The notes beneath the pieces were generated by a model, which did not search any database, had not been told where the DNA came from, and saw nothing but the letters and a program-made list of their open reading frames with translations. From Amphiscolops sp. MND2022 (taxonomy: Eukaryota): a stretch of 64,000 nt of DNA. The DNA is taken from the NCBI GenBank assembly GCA_964187785.1, contig OZ076409.1, positions 93,622,001 to 93,686,000 of the forward strand, written 5' to 3'. The translations under genes were made by a program, and so were the position numbers. Positions within the stretch are counted from its first letter, which is position 1; each line of letters starts with the position of its first letter. Of this stretch, positions 61,376 to 64,000 are shown one piece after another.

Positions 61376-62528
61376 CACGAACACGCTGAATTGACATTTC
61401 TCAACAATTTCTCAGCTATTCATCTGCCATGATTACCGCTTCTCAGATAGCACGTTGAAGGCAACGCGAGTTTGTTGTTTAAAATATGACTGAAATTACG
61501 TTTCAATGAAATGGCGGTAAGTTCGAAGACCTGTCAGCCGCATTTGAAAATTGAGCTCATGCATAATGAAACTTGCACAATATCACAGTTTGAAAGTACT
61601 GCTGAATTGTTTTTTTACTAATCGTTTGGCAGCTTGATAGACGTCGAATACAGATGCAAATATTTAGAAAAAATAGAATTCCATAATAAAAGTAATTGGT
61701 AACCTTCAAAAACAGGTGAATAAGGTCAGGCAATTTGAGCAAGGGTATGTTTTAGCTGCTGCAACACTGGCTGAAACTTGATACGCGCTGCCGAAAAGCG
61801 TCTTCAGTGCTACCGCGGGCTATTAAGATGCCTTGGAACAGTATTATGTGTATATTTACTCAGACTTTTGTGAGATTCCGGGCTTTAAATCGAACCAAAA
61901 CTTTCTTTGAATATTTTGCACGGTAGAACTTCTCTCGAATGAACCAAAAGTGCATTCACTGGCGGCTCTCAGTATTGTATGGGTGGTTGTTAGTGGATGC
62001 CTTGTGTCTACTGAAACATCCCAACAAAAATTTAGTGCAGATTTGAAAAAAATATATATTTTCACAACCCATTGTATGATAAAGAGAATTCTTGAGGTCT
62101 CTTATGAGATATTTCTGGAACCTCTAATCGTTGAGAATACGATTAAACCTCACCCCGTTCAATTGTTTTTCGTCAGAGTTAAAGGTGTTTTCGGTTGTTA
62201 TGCGTTGAACTGCCAGTTTTTGGATAAAAACGTTGATCTTAAAAATGTTGAACTTATCTTGATAAGTTAATGAAATGTGTCGAAACTACATAATTTGTCG
62301 ATGATGTTTTTCAATCGATCTCTGGTTAATGGGATAATGCATGAGAAAGTTCCAAACGTTTCCAAATTTTTCAACATTAGCCACTTTCATCAGATATCCT
62401 TTGAAATTCGGATAAATCTTTGACACATTTTGATTTTATTACCTTTTTGTCAGCTGTGTATCCAAAACGATAACGCACTTAGAAGTTTTTTCGTTAATCA
62501 AATTAACTGTCTTCAGTTTTGGTGGCTT

Positions 62529-63054
62529 ACCCTTGTTGAACATGCTTGAACTTTTTTACGTGTACTTTAATGTTGCCAGCAACTTTTATTATGATAATCT
62601 AAATATCTTACGGAAACATTAATGCGTTAGTATTTCCCTGTTGTCACCAACTTTTATCAAGCTGCTTTAAAGAATCATCAACGTTTTGGCCGCAACTTCA
62701 AGCCGTGAAGTTCTGCAAGTTTCAATATGCATCAGTTCTAATTTTAAATGCAGCTGAGACCTCAACAATTTTGCCGCCATCTTAATGCAAATTAACTTCA
62801 TTCACAATGTAAACAGCAAACTAGCGTCATCTTCAGCGTCCTATTTGAGAAGCGGTGATTAAATCAGATGAGTATTTGAGAAATCAATGTGTGAATACAA
62901 CGTGATCGTGTCCGTAAAAGAAGTGGGACGGACACTTCAAATTTGATTGCAGTAGTGAAAAATGCAGTGTAATTCTTCAAGATTTACGACCGCAACCTTG
63001 CTGAATTTTCTAGGTTTTATAAAAAACTACCCTGCATGCAGGCCTGCAGCATGT
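62529..63054 (+). repeat. Dispersed repeat ending in tgcaggcctgca palindrome
   Basis: Inverted homolog of 5243-5766. Confidence 0.75.
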
Positions 63055-63804
63055 AAAAAGTTCCAGCAGTCTCAACTAGGGTAGTCTCTGTAGTACGTTT
63101 TTTACAACCGGAATATAAAATTGTACAGTCAAGTGTTAACATACTGGAGTTGAAATATCTTTTCAAATGTAACAGCTATTTCTGTATGACCGAGGTAAAA
63201 ATTGAGATCCATTTATAAAACTAGCTGAAATGCCCAAGGTCACGCAGATTTATTCTTCTGGTTGCCAATATATCCGTTACTTCAGACACATTGTAAAAGG
63301 AGGCGCTTTTGTTTTTTTGTAGAAACTCAAAGCGTCTATAAAATCTCTGGAGTAATCGAAAAAAGACCAAGAGAGTGCATTATAATTGCCCTCTTTTGAC
63401 AAAATCCACTAAAAAGCTTTTTTTTATCAGCCTTGGCGTCCCTTCAGCTCCAAAAAATCTAGATATCTCATGGGTGAAAATCACGCACAAGGCAGTTAAC
63501 TTGTTTTAAGTCTACTCTGTTTTTTTTATCTAGGCTGCAAAATTATGACGTTCAAAAACCAAATTATGATAATGAAGGCACTAGTAACAATTTGTCCGGG
63601 AGATAGTTATATAATGACGTCATGCGACGTTCACTGTAGAAACATGATAAAGTTTAAAACTATTGACGTTCAATGTCTTGTTGCAAAATGGAGGATCGAC
63701 AATCGAAACGTTTCAAGAGATTTAACTAGGAAGCAATTTAAAACGTGCAAAAATTCGAGAACACTTCATTGGTTGTATGAAAACTAGTTTCTCAGACTTC
63801 AATG

Positions 63805-64000
63805 TTTTTAGTCGGCGCTTTTCTAGTGAAAAGTGCCCGACTCTTACACTGGCTAGTTTTTTTTCGTCAGACTACAATCTCACTCTGATTGGGCCACTTT
63901 TCTTACAATCGAAACTACTAAAACTACTACCATAAGGCCAAGTCCGGCCAGCAGAAATTAGTGCAAAAGGGACCCCCTTTCATTTTTTTCGGCATTGTGC
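63805..64000 (+). mobile_element. 5' part of a Helentron/DINE-like element (cut by window edge)
   Basis: tttttagtcggcgcttttc...gaaaagtgcccgact start and aagggaccccctttc motif as in other copies. Confidence 0.55.

Overview
AT-rich, repeat-dense eukaryotic (animal-type) DNA; no host gene can be called with confidence. The main feature is a very large (17.66 kb, 36100-53762, minus strand) Ty3/Gypsy LTR retrotransposon with ~741-bp LTRs differing at only about 10 positions by eye, a tRNA-Arg-type PBS, a PPT and a ~2.8-kb leader. Its gag-pro-RT-RNaseH-IN frame is broken by stops and frameshifts. The integrase continues into a long tail carrying an AT-hook, a Cys cluster and what look like two tandem TARG1/OARD1-like macrodomains. 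At the env position lie a non-Env ~950-aa accessory ORF (SGNH-like segment, preceded by a branch point and splice acceptor) and a further 193-aa ORF. Relatives of this element occur at 1-1670, ~24.4-25.3 kb and ~28.2-28.8 kb. The rest is smaller Gypsy remnants, a deleted MULE (FLYWCH) transposon, hAT/MULE MITEs, Helentron/DINE-like elements, a (TTA)n tract and several tandem arrays. One array (212 bp x6) runs exactly between the apices of two long palindromes, and there is a separate 675-bp fold-back. All domain assignments are by-eye motif recognition; no searches were run.
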